Shown here: one piece after another, positions 49,214-62,820 of the stretch
Position numbering within the stretch: the first letter of the stretch is position 1
Layout of the letters: the number at the start of each line of letters is the position of its first letter
Source of the DNA: Patellaria atrata CBS 101060
Taxonomy: Eukaryota
Assembly (NCBI GenBank): GCA_010093705.1
Contig: MU006097.1
Coordinates: forward strand, 445,905 to 509,904
DNA: 64,000 bases
Reading direction: 5' to 3'
Program-made: the position numbers and the translations under genes
Notes under the pieces: model-generated
The model's database searches: none
The model's input: the letters and a program-made list of their open reading frames with translations, nothing else
Told to the model about the DNA's origin: nothing

Positions 49214-50703
49214 GACCCACCCTAGGAAGTTCTACCATTTGATCTGGGCTCACGAAATACAACATTTTGTGTTCCACCTACATCCTAAGCATCATCTGAT
49301 AGTCACGGTATAACTGCGCCGTATAATTGTCTATGGTTTATAAAAGAGTATATGCTAGCCGCATCTTCTCTTCATCGACTCACCAAACTGTCCGGATACC
49401 GAGCATCTCACCTCAGCGCCCAGCGATGCCAGCAGGAAACGAAACGTCCAGGCCGTAGTGATGAATGCTTTGGAGGTGGATCTCTAGCAACCAACTTTCA
49501 GCGATGTATACCTTATGAGGTTGAGCATGTACCCTGAGTTCTAGAAAGATGACAGCATCATTGTTGCGGAGAACGCACGTGTATCCTGTTGAGCACGCAG
49601 ACTATAACCAATCGAACGGATTATTTAAGGTATAGCTCTACACCGTCCGTCAGAAATCCAACACCCTCAATTACGAACCTGGCATGCTTGCTAAAATACT
49701 GTCATGTGTGAATGGGGAGGCGACAAAGAAATAAGTATTGGGAGTTGGTTGATCAGTACTAGTACTGCATAAGGTATTGTAGTTCGAAACCTGTATTTCT
49801 TGGAGTAAATACTTGTTTCTCCCTGTCTTTAGTTCTGGGTTTTGTAATTCGTAGTACTGGGTAGTAAGCTTGGAGCCGCCTTCTCTTTCCTCTCCTGTAC
49901 GGAGGATTTATTATTCAGTAGTTGTGCTCGAGCGTACGTATAGTACCAAGGGTAATGTGAGACTTTTCAGCTATACGCGTCCCGTTAGACGTACAGTAGC
50001 TAAAGATCAGAGGTATCATAACCGCTGTGGAATGATAACAAACAAAAGTAAATCCGGTTGAGATAAGTTGCTAGTCAAGTAATACAGGTACCCGCACGTG
50101 TTCATTCGAGGATTGGTATGGAGAGATCAAGGGGTAGACTGGCTCAAGGGGTGCTCATGACCATAAAGGGTATAGTCAACTTTAGTTTATTACAAGTACC
50201 TGTACTAAAATTACAATGGGAACCGTGCCCTCGGGGAGGAGAGACTCCCAAAATATTACCACAGTGCACATTATACCCCATCCCACAAAATTATCAGCTC
50301 ACCACCAACTGTTTGTCGTCCGCTTCCAATTCCTTTGCTCTAGGGGAACAGTGTGGAAAATTTACCTTGTTCCTCGAGCCCGATCTTCGCTGTTTGCTTC
50401 TCTCTATCCCAACGCCGACCTGTCGCGCAACCTTTAGAAACCTACCACCAACTACGGACCGGCCCCGCGTAAACGACCAGTAAAAGATACAGAATCACTG
50501 CGGCCCTTCAAGAGGACTACTTCACTCTTTCAGAAACAATTCAAGTCCAACCCGCAGAGCGCGCTGTTCTGATCCCCTGGACATTTTCCCTTCCACCCCC
50601 TCAATCAGCCTCCTCCCTTCCTGGACTTCAACTAAAAGCTCGAAGCATCAGTGAACCACAAGATCTTCCATAAACTTGAATATTCTCTCATGAGACCTCT
50701 AAG

Positions 50704-53700
50704 ATGACACGACCCCAAATTATTCGAGCCGGTTAGTTGCTTTAACATGGACCAGCATCTTGACTTAGCTAATTGTTTGCGCCCTGAATTAGACACGATC
50801 GATCTCCAAGACCAACATTCGCCCTCAGCTCAAGACCACAGCAGGCAACCTAATCACCCAGCCCCTCTCGGTATCGGCCCCGCTGCCCCTCATCAAGCAG
50901 CTGCTGTTCGACACATCTCAGAAGAACGAGCCGCCGAAGAAGATAATTTGTCTAATGCCTGGCATGAGGCTGGCGCTTCATTGGCAGATAGCCCAGGGTC
51001 AGATGATGAAAGAACTTTAGTAGACAATCATGGCGGGCAACATTATCATCGAGATGAACAGGCGGTACAGCAAAATGGGGGGATGTCGGGTTCTAGAGAG
51101 GACTCAGAGATGGCAGATGATGGAGGTGACGATGACATGGATGACGATATGATGGATAAGATTTCAAGTTCTCCATCTATAGATGATGGTGGGTCTATTT
51201 TACCTTCAACTCCTACTAGGTCGACGCCATGGCCAACCCGGATATCATCTCTCACCCACTACTATTCACCATCACAGAGAACGCCTGCACCTATTCCACA
51301 ACAAGACGACAATAATAATTCTTCACCATATGTATCCACACCGACACACTTGCCCCTCTATTATGATTCCAACACACTCGATCCAACATCGGGAGTTGCT
51401 GAGGGTCATTTTCTCTTTACGTTACGCAGTAACGACTTCTACATATCCACTTTCTTTCATCTATCCACCACCGGAGGTTCCACCATCAGATCCCCAGAAT
51501 GGATGTGGTGAGTATTTCGAGGATATAGGCCAGGATTGGGATGATTATTTCGACGACCCCAACCAGGAGCATCAGCAAAGGGGCAAGGATAATGCTAGAG
51601 GAGAGTATGAGGAAGATTCTGAAAGAAGGAACGAATAAGAACTCCCGAAAGAGCTCGAGAGTGAATTGAGGGAAGAAATCAATGGAGAAGTTGAAGAAGC
51701 ATCCATGGAAAAAGTCGAGAAAAATGATGAGGATTACCAAGGGATCCAAAAAGGAGAGAAGTTATATGAAGAATCATCTAACCTTTCTAACTATAGACCT
51801 GACGAAACTGGTGCCACCATATGTGCAGAAAGCTATCTTCAGGGATAAGTCAACCTTTAGCATCAACTCTTATCTTACCCCATTTTAGTCCTGGACTTTC
51901 GTGATTTAGATAATTTCAATCAGATGGACCTCTTACCGGATGATCCTCTCCTAGATAATAGTTTTGATGACTACTCATTTGGAATGTTTCGGCCACATTC
52001 TCTCTCAGATTCCGACAGATGGGAAACCGAAAGCTGGGAATCCGAGGATAGTGACTCCACCCCGGTCTTTTTTTCTGATGATCCACGGTTTATTGACTCT
52101 GGTTGGGGTGGCGAATGCTTACAAGAAGCAGAGGATATCGATTTCGAGTTCGTCTACGCACTACATACCTTCGTCGCGACGGTTGAAGGCCAAGCGAATG
52201 CTACAAAGGGCGATACTATGGTATTGCTCGATGATAGTAATAGCTACTGGTGGCTTGTGAGAGTAGTTAAGGACGGTAGTATTGGTAAGCTCTGAAGCTG
52301 CCCTTGATAGGCCGATCGTAAACTCATAATTATCAGGTTATCTACCGGCCGAACACATCGAGACCCCAACTGAACGGCTTGCAAGATTGAACAAACATAG
52401 AAATATAGATGTAAGTGCCCGTCCACCCTTTTTACTAGAGCTCAAGCTGATAATTATTCCCCTAGTTATCGGCCACTATGCTTGGTGACACTGCAGAGAA
52501 GTCCAAGAACCCCTTAAAAAAAGCTATGCGGCGACGAAATGCTAAGACTGTCGTTTTTGTGGCACCGACATATTATGAGCCTTCTGATTACGACTACTCC
52601 TCAGATGAGGATGAAGAAAATGATGAGCTTTGGGGTGGCCCTCAACCACAGGAGCAAGAAGCTCATTCTAATCAAGAAGCTGAACAGGACGAGATCACCA
52701 GCGCGGAGCCTCAGAAAGCAGCTACTATAAAAGATAGCAAAGCTGACGCGAATATCTTGAATGATACTGAGAATAAACCCAAGGATGAAAATGGCGAAAT
52801 GGGTGTGCGCACCAGCAATGAGATGTTCGATCGAGAATGTAAGTCTGATGACAGTTTGACAATCTACCAGTTAATTAATTCGATATTAGACAATAATCAT
52901 GGCAAGTCGCGCATGGGGACTGTCCGCAACACGGATTCATTCTTCAAAGATGACACCGTTGAGACCCGGAAGATCACACTTACACCAAATATACTCCGCG
53001 ATGACTCTAGTGGGTCAATACCTCGTTCTAGTGACAGTAAAGAGAGGAGTGCTAGTTTTGATAGCTTGGAAAAGGCTTCTGTAGCCCCAGAAAAGGAAGA
53101 TAAAAAGCGGAAAGAGAAAAAGTCGGGTATGCTCAGTGGATTGTTCAAACGGAAGGAGAAAAAGGCGAAATCAGGAGCTGCTGACGGGCCGAGCTCTGAA
53201 AAACAATCCGAAGAATATGCTAGAGAGTCCCCGACCAAGTTCTCCTCTGAGGAGAACTCCCCTATTGAACGCGTTTCTACGTCAACCTCAGACACCTTAG
53301 GAGAGAGGACAGATAAGCCGCAGAGACATCCTAGCAAAGGAAAGCTTCAAAAGGCCCACCCCGAGTCTATCCTAAAGAGCCGATCTACAGTGCAACCAAC
53401 AGATGGTCCAAGAACTGATTCACCGGCGCAAGTCACAACAGGCCCCTCCGCTCCGAATGGTGCGCCTGCAAGTTCAGCCGGGACTCTTTCGCCAGAGGTT
53501 CATCCAAAACCCGTTCCGATCTCACAATATCGGCGTTCAGCAGATGCGCAGCAACAGAAAGGCAAACCTAGGATGGTTCTCGATGTATCTGACTCTGATG
53601 GTTCTCCAGATAATCAAACGACGACGAATCCCTTCACCAATCCATCTTACCAGGAACAACAGGGCCCGACATCGCAGAGTGAAGAAGACAGAGCGGAGCG

Positions 53701-54352
53701 ACTGTCTGAATCTCCAGTGGAGATCTCGCCAGTTGATAACGATCGAGCTCCGGACGCACGGCGACCTCCGGCTCTAATGATTGATACGTCGAGCCAAGAA
53801 GAACCCGAAATATCCCCTGTTTCACCCGCATCGACTTCATCACTGCTTGAGATTTCCGCTCCTCAGTCAACAGACTTAGCGTCGTCATCATCTTCAGGAA
53901 CAGTAACTGGACCACAGTCGACCGCTCCTAGTCAACAACAAAAGGAATCATATACATTTCCACCTGCTCCTAATCGTTCTCCGCCACAACCACAACAAGC
54001 TCCTATTGCTCCCGTACAGCATCCTGCGCCGTCCCCATCACCTCCGCCTTCAGTCTCTGTGTCATCTACATCGAATAGCCGCAAGGAGTGGTCTGACTCC
54101 TCTTTGCGACATTACTTAGATGACGGATCCGAAATCCGCGATATGTTGCTACTGATACGTGACACAAGTGATTTCGTACCCGTAGGTCCAAATGATCCCC
54201 TTGCTACCGCGATGTTCGGGGATGAAAGAGCACGTGTAGATGCAATGCAGAAGGATCTCGATGCTATGATGAGTGGGCTAATGGGACGGAAGAGATTGAA
54301 GAAGAAAACTAGTGCTACTCAACACTCGATCCCGGTACGGGGAAGGAGTTAA
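50704..54352 (+). CDS. Cell-polarity SH3 protein (Tea4/TeaC/Bud14-like)
   Basis: MTRPQIIRA|DTIDLQD...ISSSPSIDD|EDIDFEFVYALHTFVATVEGQANATKGDTMVLLDDSNSYWWLVRVVKDGSI|GYLPAEHIETPTERLARLNKHRNID|LSATMLGD. PP1-docking-like KTVVF; C-terminal WSDSSLRHYLDD. Includes a 943-nt intron at 51189-52131. Confidence 0.9.
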
Positions 54353-54721
54353 GGCGTCATGAGGATGATGAAACAATTATTTTTGGTTATGGAGTGAGTG
54401 ATATGTCTGGAGTTTCTTTTTGGGGGAGTCTTATCAATTTCAATGCCTGAGCAAGGTAATGCTCTATATTCGGAATGCAGCAGGTGTTTTCTTCCTTCGA
54501 TGATCCGGCTCTTCAAGCGGATTCGGCGGCTTCATTTTGCTTTTCTTGGTCTGCGTTGTAGGATCTCTGTACGATTGAGCGGGACACCTGGCTGATACTG
54601 TATATATGATGGGAATGATAAATGAGCCAGTTGATTCATCACATTTCGAAACGGGGAACATTCTTTTTATGCCCGGTGTATCATACCGGGTTTCTCTAGT
54701 GACTGAACACGAGCAAGTATA

Positions 54722-55918
54722 CTAATCATCGTCGTCCTCCTCATCCTCATCATACACAGAATCCCTCGCTCTCGCATCCTCCAGCTGCCTCTTCATCCCC
54801 TCCAACACCTTCTCCAACCCCCCTTTCAGCCTCGAAATTCGCACATTCCTTACCCGCTCCTCCATCTCCGCAATCTTCCCTTCCAACTCCCTCACCTCCA
54901 CATTTCCACCAATCTCATCCCCCTCCCCTTCCTCCGTTCCTCGCCTCTTCTTCCCTCGCATATCCTCAACCTCCAACCCCCTGCCCCAAACCCGCGCAAA
55001 CTCTCCCGCCATCCTCCACCCCCCGATCGCAAACACCACCTCCTCGAACCCCCAGTCCTCCCGTCCCTTCCCCCTCCGTCGCGGCTCCCCACAAAGCACT
55101 TTCCGCCACGCGCGGGCGACCTCCGGGACCGGGTTCCTATAGGCCCCGCACCCCCAAGCACCCAGGACGATTTGTTTAGACCCCCGCGTGGACAGGATAC
55201 GCAAGACGGCGCGCATTTTCGCGTGTACCGTTTCCCTATCCGCGGGATTCGTATATCGCATCTCTGTCCTTACTTCCCCATCCCCCGGCCCATCTCCCTC
55301 TTCAAGATCCGGAAATCTCAACGCCCCCGCACTAACAACATCGACCCATCCCACCTCCCTCCTGTTCATATCCCTTCCCCCCTCGTCCCGAAAGACAAGG
55401 ACGTCGGACGTCCATACTGCCCCTACGTCTGGGAGTCTGTAAAACTGATCTTTTAGAGACGGGAGCAGCGTCGTGCGGAGACAGAGCTGTTCCTCCTGGG
55501 CTGATGCGCCGGCGAGGACTCCGCCGCCGGGGGAGAGGGGGGAAGCCATGTTGAGGATGGCGACGTTCTTGGTGGGGGTTTTACGGGGGTTTGTGGGTGG
55601 AGAGTGGGAGAAGGAGAGGGCGACGGTTAGGGTGTCCCCGCATGCGATCCTGATTTTCGTACCTCCATTCGCGTCTTTAACCCCATCCTTATTTCCTTCT
55701 CTGTCGCCCTTGCCCGAATCTCCCGCTTGAGCGGACTTCCTGCTCACGGCAGGCGGGTCGACGATCAATTCGGCGCCTTCGACGCCCCGGCGCGCGCGCG
55801 GATACGAGACCAGCAGCGCGGGTATCGTTCTGTTAATCGTTGCTCTGGCTAGTTTGGTGCGAGCTTCTTTGCGCTGGGAGGCTGGTGGGAGGCCGAGGGA
55901 GGGTTGGGTGCGACCCAT
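54722..55918 (-). CDS. Microbial-type PARG / TIGR02452 (DUF2263) macrodomain protein
   Basis: LNMASPLSPGGGVLAGASAQEEQLCLRTTL (GGG-x7-QEE PARG signature) and IVLGAWGCGAYRNP; intronless. Confidence 0.88.
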   Translation of the reverse strand: MGRTQPSLGLPPASQRKEARTKLARATINRTIPALLVSYPRARRGVEGAELIVDPPAVSRKSAQAGDSGKGDREGNKDGVKDANGGTKIRIACGDTLTVALSFSHSPPTNPRKTPTKNVAILNMASPLSPGGGVLAGASAQEEQLCLRTTLLPSLKDQFYRLPDVGAVWTSDVLVFRDEGGRDMNRREVGWVDVVSAGALRFPDLEEGDGPGDGEVRTEMRYTNPADRETVHAKMRAVLRILSTRGSKQIVLGAWGCGAYRNPVPEVARAWRKVLCGEPRRRGKGREDWGFEEVVFAIGGWRMAGEFARVWGRGLEVEDMRGKKRRGTEEGEGDEIGGNVEVRELEGKIAEMEERVRNVRISRLKGGLEKVLEGMKRQLEDARARDSVYDEDEEDDDD

Positions 55919-56170
55919 GGTGTTTCCCGAGGTGGCGTTCTACACAGACTGCTTGATTTCAGGAACGAGGTTAAGGGATGCTGAGGTTTGAAGGATCTTA
56001 GATTTTGCGAGGCGAATTGCCTGGTGAGAGTGTGGATGTTCACATTGTGAGTGGCGATGGAGTAGCATTGGGGTGAGATGGGAGGACAATGATGGCAACC
56101 CAAGATGATCTAATCTAATCTAAAGACCCTTGTGGCCGATCTGGACAGCACTGACCACTCGATTTTTTAC

Positions 56171-57774
56171 CTACTCTGACCATTCCTTGAACGCCTTCTG
56201 TCTCTGTCTCGAGTTCCAGTTCAATGTTCTCGAAATACTATCGATCCAGTCTGCCCTCTTTCTATCTAAGGGTAGCACGCTCGGGAATGGATATCTCGAC
56301 GCTGAAATCGTTACATAGTCGCCTGGACATAACTCTACACGATCCCGGCCATCGAAACTGGCCCACGAGCTCGTTCGCGCGTCGTATGGGACACCAGCGC
56401 GTAAAACGATGGTATCGGGGAGAATAATCGGTCGGAAGGATAATGTGTGTGCGCATATAGCAGTGACAAGAATAACGGGATTGTCAGGATGACATAGAGG
56501 ACCACCCGCTGCGAGGTTGTAGGCAGTTGAGCCTGTGGGTGTCGCGACACAGACGCCGTCAGCTTGGACTGAGGTGAAGAACTCTTCGCCACCAAAGAGG
56601 TCGATAGAGGACATTGTGGGATTTGGCCCCCGGTCGACCACAACTTCATTGAGGATGTTGTGCGTTCCATCCGGCTTATGCGTATGATCGTTCTCCTGCT
56701 CTGGCCCTACGAGCTCATTCACCAAGTCTCGCGTTTTGCTTTCCCCTCCGCGATGTTGGGAGCGCATAACCGTAGCTTCGAACCGTAATCTGAGACTTAC
56801 CGTTATACCTTCCGAAAACGCTCGAGTGAGTAGTTGAGGATAGTTGTCAAAGTCGAACTTGGTCAGAAATCCTAGGGTGCCCATGGAGAATGCAAGTACC
56901 GGCGGTACGACTCGTTGGAAAAGCCAGCTCGCGTATAAGACTGTGCCATCCCCTCCGAGCTGTCATATTCAGTATGCACAGTATGAGTACATGAAATACA
57001 AGGACTTACAGCTAAAACAATATCGAATGTTTGCGGTTTGTTTGCACATAGTTCGTTATTCCAGAACTTAAGCCGGCTGCCATAGGAAGTATTCTTCTCT
57101 CTCAAACCATCGGCATCGAAGATTTTGTTTCTCTCAAGCGTATTTTCGACATATCTAGAGGCCACATATCAGATAAGAATGGCTGAACAATTGTCATACT
57201 AACACGTTATACGAGGGATCCTTGTCCATCAACCATCGCGCGATCTCCCTTGTGTCCTTAATGAGATCCTCATCATGAGCTTTGGCGAGAATAAATATAT
57301 TCCGCACGTCTACTCTCAACGCCAGATGTGCAAGTTTTTTTGCAAGTTCACGAATTCCAAAGGCCATATCCGATATTTGCTTCTTTGTAAGCAATCTGGA
57401 ATGTAATCCTGAATTGGGTGGACGTTCGGAATCCTTATCCACCCTGCGCTCGGCGGCAAGCCTCTCATAGCTCGGTCTTTGCTCTGGCGTGAAAATTTCG
57501 TATTCATCGTGGCCCTCTAACAGATTGTGAACGAAACAATTGGTCGGTCTGGAATTTTGTCCATTCAACTGGTCTACAAGGGAGGATTTTCTGCGACGCG
57601 CCTCGTCCTGGTTGAACGTAACCTTCAAACTGTCAGTTTATATTATATCGTCTCTTCTATCTCGAAGGTGTTTACCTCTAATGCGCGCTGGATCTCCGCA
57701 TCACCAGCCTTCCCTGCTTCATTGACTCCCTCAGAGAGGCTGTTAGCTTGTAACTCATCTGGCGGGGTAGACAT
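56171..57774 (-). CDS. ATP-NAD kinase (Utr1/Yef1-like)
   Basis: LGGDGTVLYASWLFQRVVPPVLAFSMGTLGFLT, LNEVVVDRG, ADGVCVATPTGSTAYNLAAGG and SFDGR. Three introns. The 5' start is uncertain; I modelled it from ATG 57774. Confidence 0.92.
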
Positions 57775-58255
57775 GAATGTCTTTGGTGGGGTAAAAGTAC
57801 CTGCATTGGATCACCTTGATCTTTAGGAGTGAAAGACATACTTGCGAGCTGTTGAATGAAGGGTTTTAGGAAAAGGTACAAAGTAGGAGATGAGACGCGA
57901 CTTAAAAAGACGTGTCGCTTATAGTGTTGGGCCTTGTGGAAAATAATTCCATCCGCGGTCTTGCAATTATGACGTTGCTATCCTTGAGCTCGGACACGTA
58001 CTGTACGACTAAAAAAACTCCAAACTTCATTCCATTATACTGATTCAAATATTTTCGCTCCGAAAAGAAGAATTATGAGGGACGGACTTGTGAGAAATCA
58101 GGAGTTTATCTACCAATGCAATAGAGCTATAAAGCTATCTAGCTGTGGTGCAATGAGTTACTACTGCATGATGTGTAAGCTTTCCTAATCCCGTTCCCTC
58201 ACCTCAACCAGACGTAGATCTCCGAACACAATATATTTCCAATTGAACAAACAAC

Positions 58256-60476
58256 ATGGATAATATTAAAACCCAGCAGGCCGATGGGTCCAGTGGTGGT
58301 CAATCTTTATATCCCGTTCGTTTATGGGATCCTCCTTCCCCTGAAACTGCCACAGCTCGTATAATGTGGAACTTTATGCAGGAAGTGAACAAGAAGTATG
58401 ATCTGCAATTGAATTCCTACAAAGATCTTTACTCCTGGTCAATTGAGAATATAGCTACATTCTGGGGAGAAGTATGGCACTTTACGGGTATCAAAGCATC
58501 AGAGTCATACACTGAGGTTAGCATAATCAACATTAGCATTTCCGGGTAAGATACTTATCAAAGTAAGGTATTAGATGAATCTGTGCCAATTTTCCCTCGT
58601 CCAAATTTCTTCAAAGGTGCAAAACTCAATTTCGCGGAGAATCTCTTATATCCTGCCCCGAGTCCCTGGCCTCATTCACTGGCAATTATAGAGGTTACCG
58701 AGACCGAAAGGAAAGAATTCTCTTGGGATGAACTCCGGAATCAGGTTCGGCTATGTCAAGGGGGGCTTAGAGCAATAGGGGTGAAAGAGGGAGATAGAAT
58801 TGCTGGATATGTTGCTAATCATACTAATGCTCTTATCGCCATGCTAGCGGCCACCTCTCTAGGAGCTATCTGGACGGCCTCGAGTACAGATACTGGTCCG
58901 ACAGCAGTGTTAGATCGACTAAAGCAGATAGAACCTACAATTCTCTTTGCGGATAATGCATCATTCTACAATGGAAGAAACCATCCAGTACTACCAAAGG
59001 TCGCCGAGATTGCTGCTTCACTCCTTACACTCGAAGCAGTCATTATCCTCCCGTCCACCTCATCAATGGATGTAGACCTAAATTCCATAAACCTATCCTC
59101 AGGATCAGTGTACGATTATCACTCCTTCATATCCCAAGGGACGCCGTCCTCAGAACTGAACTTTGCCCAACTATCACCAGATCACCCTGTCTATATATTA
59201 TACAGCAGCGGCACAACCGGTGCCCCCAAATGTATCGTTCACAGCGCTCTCGGCACCCTAATCCAGCACAAGAAAGAGCACGCGCTCCACTGCTCCATAT
59301 GGCCCGGTGCTCGACTCTTCTACTACACCACCACAACATGGATGATGTGGCACTGGCTAGTCTCCGGCCTCGCCAGCGGCGCAACCCTAATCCTGTACTC
59401 CGGCTCTCCCTTCCGATACCGCTCCTCAATCCCCTCCCCAGATCCCTCCAACTCCTCCTCAACTCCCACCTCCACCCCCGACGACCTCGCGATGCCCCGT
59501 CTAATCTCCGAACTGGGAATCACCCACTTCGGCACTTCAGCAGCCTACCTCTCCCACCTGGAGCAAAAGTCCCTCCTCCCCGTCGCCACGATCCCAATGC
59601 CCACCCTGAAGGCGATTTACAGCACCGGCTCCCCCCTCGCCCCGTCCACCTTCGCCTACGTCTACCGCGCCTTCCCCGCGACCGTAAACCTCGGCAGCAT
59701 AACCGGTGGCACGGACATCATATCCCTCTTTGGGGCATCGTGTCCCCTCCTCCCCGTCTACGCCGGCGAAATCCAATGTCTCGGCCTCGGCATGGCCGTG
59801 CGCGTTTACGACCCTGACGGCAACGATATCACCGCCACGGGCGATGAAGGCGACCTCGTCGCCGTCCGCCCCTTCCCCTCGCAGCCGACCTCGTTCTGGG
59901 GCCCGGACGGAAGGGAGAAGTACCGCGCTAGCTACTTCGACAGGTTCGAAGGCGTGTGGCATCATGGGGATTTCGTCCGCGTCAACCCCACCACCGGCGG
60001 CCTCGTTATGTTGGGCCGTAGCGATGGCGTGCTTAAACCCGCTGGTGTGCGCTTCGGGAGCGCAGAGATCTATAATCTCGTTTTGCGGCATTTTGCGGGT
60101 AGTGTCGCGGATGCGCTTTGTGTGGGTCGTCGGCGCCAGACGGATGTTGATGAAACGGTGGTGCTGTTTTTGAAGATGGAGGAGGGGAGGGCCTTTGATG
60201 AGGAGCTCGTTAAGGAGGTTAAGGCGTGTGTGAGGAGGGAGTTGAGTGCGAGACATGTGCCGGGTGTCGTGGTAGAGTGTACGGAGATTCCGGTCACCAG
60301 CAATGGGAAGAAGTGAGTATCTTTTCGGACTGATTGTTATGTGAATTTGCTAACCATTCGATAGGGTTGAGGGCGCGGTGAAGCAGATTTTGAGTGGATT
60401 TGATGTTAAGACATCTGCGTCGGTTGCTAATGCGGAATGTTTGGACTGGTACCGTGAATGGGCACGGACGCACTAA
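58256..60476 (+). CDS. Acetoacetyl-CoA synthetase (acetoacetate-CoA ligase)
   Basis: LNFAENLL, ILYSSGTTGAPKCIVH, WMMWHWL, SITGGTDI, WHHGDF, GRSDGVLKPAGVRFGSAEIY and NGKK|VEGAVK. Introns ~58517-58567 and ~60313-60364. Confidence 0.95.
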
Positions 60477-60677
60477 TGGTTCCTCTGGGAGTAGTATGGT
60501 TCTCGGATAGACGATCATATTATAGACTTGGGTGAGAGATGCACAAGTATACATACGTACATACAGAGAGAAGATGACATTAAGACCAGTATATTACACT
60601 TTTTCCCATTTGATTAGGAAGACATGAGTTCGACCAGGAATTCTCACAATATCGATAGAGATTCGCATATACGACAT

Positions 60678-61823
60678 CTATGACGCATTCTTCATTTCTC
60701 GTAACTTCGCCATCACACCAATGGGATCATTCTTCCCGGTGGCTTTCTGCATTTCCGGGTCCTGAATCTTCAATCAGTATTGCGCATGTCCATTCAACCT
60801 CGAAAATACCTACATCAACTCTCATAAACACATTGTGCGCCTTCTCATCCCCGATCGTAAATTTCCCCTGAGTCTCCTTGTTGCTGTTTGCAAAATCTTG
60901 CAGTTTCTTGATAGCGGCATTTTGGGAGACGGTGACGCCGAATTTGACGTTTCCCTTCGTGTACTCGTGACCGGGCTATCAAAAGTTAGACGAATAAATA
61001 CGGGATGGACAGCTGGGTATGTACGTAGACTTTGGTATCGTCCGGTAATGATGCGAGTGTCTCGTTGAGCGCTTTGTGCATCTCTTCCGCCGTCCCCTCG
61101 AAAAAGCGACCGCATCCTGGACCTTGTGTAAGACATCTTTCCTAGAACTTTTGTGAAAATATGTGATAGGTACCTCCTATAAACAATGTGTCTCCGGTAA
61201 ATACTGCTCTATCCTCGCCGTCTTCGAAGAAATAGCATATACTGTCTTGGGTATGGCAGGGTGTGTGCAGCGCTCGGACCTTGATGGTATCTCCTATGGT
61301 GAACGTAGAGTTGTGTGGAGGGGAGTTAGAGACTTTGGCGCAGTCTTTGCCACCAACGATGGGTAAGGGATAGTGTTTGAGCTAAGATGAAACGATATCA
61401 GTAATGAACGATGTGGTATTCTGATATAGGGCACGAACGATTTCTGTATTACCACCTGCATGATCATGATGACTGTGATTATTAGTCACATATTGCGGTT
61501 TAGGGGGTATTAGACATACTGATGTGTATTTATGATAGTTGTGAGCTTGATCTTGCCGCTTTCCGTCTGTTCTTTTAGGACTGGAAGAACCCTATGACGC
61601 ATCAATACCGGTTTGAGAAGACTTCTTAGAGCTTCAAAATAAAGCAGACGAATCAAACATACTCGGGAGGATTCGCAGGATCTATCACCACAGCTTCTTT
61701 CGACTTGTCATCGCTCACAATATAAGCGTAGTTGTTCCCCGACCCCTCCCCTGCATCGTGTCAACCACTCCTATTAAATTAAAGTGAGGTAAACTCACAC
61801 ATTGGAATGGATTGTATATGCAT
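60678..61823 (-). CDS. glo2: Hydroxyacylglutathione hydrolase (glyoxalase II)
   Basis: Many short exons give [18 protein letters not shown]...[43 protein letters not shown] and [14 protein letters not shown]. Confidence 0.92.
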
Positions 61824-62820
61824 AGGCCGGGAAGTGACTAGCTATCAGATCATTAGCTATTCAGGAGTCGTTTACCGTCTTAATCTCATGGTTGTGCTTA
61901 CAGAGCTAATAGGCCTAGTAGTGGTTGATCTGAGGAGGGTACGCTGAATCAATGGTGAAAGAAAGCTCATCAGGAGGATTAGTGGTATACTGGTGATAAT
62001 AGATCTTAAATTCACGGTCTGGCGCATATGTTTAGAGATAAAAAGCGGAGAGAGGAGAGAGCTCAACATGACGTGCATCGGACTATCGGACTTAAGATCT
62101 GCTTATTCAGCAAAATATTCCCTTTCACGTATGTTCATGTCAACATCCTTAGAGTCATATCGACTTGTCCTCTCATACTATACTATACATCAGAAGAAAT
62201 AAAACCCAGTCTCCAAATCACAGCACTAACGGTGAGATTTTGGTGTTTGTCAAGTCTGGTATTTGCATCGAGATAGTTATCTTAAGGGGCGGATACAAGA
62301 CTGATGAGCTTCGAAAGAAGGAGGAAAGTTACCAAGCTTTAAACGTATTCTAAGAGCTTAGCTGCTTCTATACGTATTAATATAATTGAGCATTCAAGGC
62401 TTCAGTGGTTAAGATGAAAAGAAAAGATCGAGATAGTTGATTACATCCGCAAGGCTGAAGCGGCTGACACTTTGAATACAGGTACAGAGATATACAACAT
62501 CCTATTTGTATGCCGTGGATAGCGCTTCTTCGCGTTGTTTATCATACAATCTCCTTTAAGTAATTAAATTTCTCTTATCAATTCGAAGAATACCTGATGA
62601 AGTAAGACGTGCGGCTACAGGAAAGCTTACCTTTTCCACCACCAATACCGTATGAACAGGATGCTGTATAATATATTGATTTCTCCCAATCAGACAGACG
62701 TGGTACATTGCAATGGCCGGACGTATTAGTTCAACCACCTGGTTTTCGTTCGGACACCATAGAACCAGAATGGGATTTTTTTCAGGACCATTCGCCGGAA
62801 AATCTGGATATCCCTGTGTG

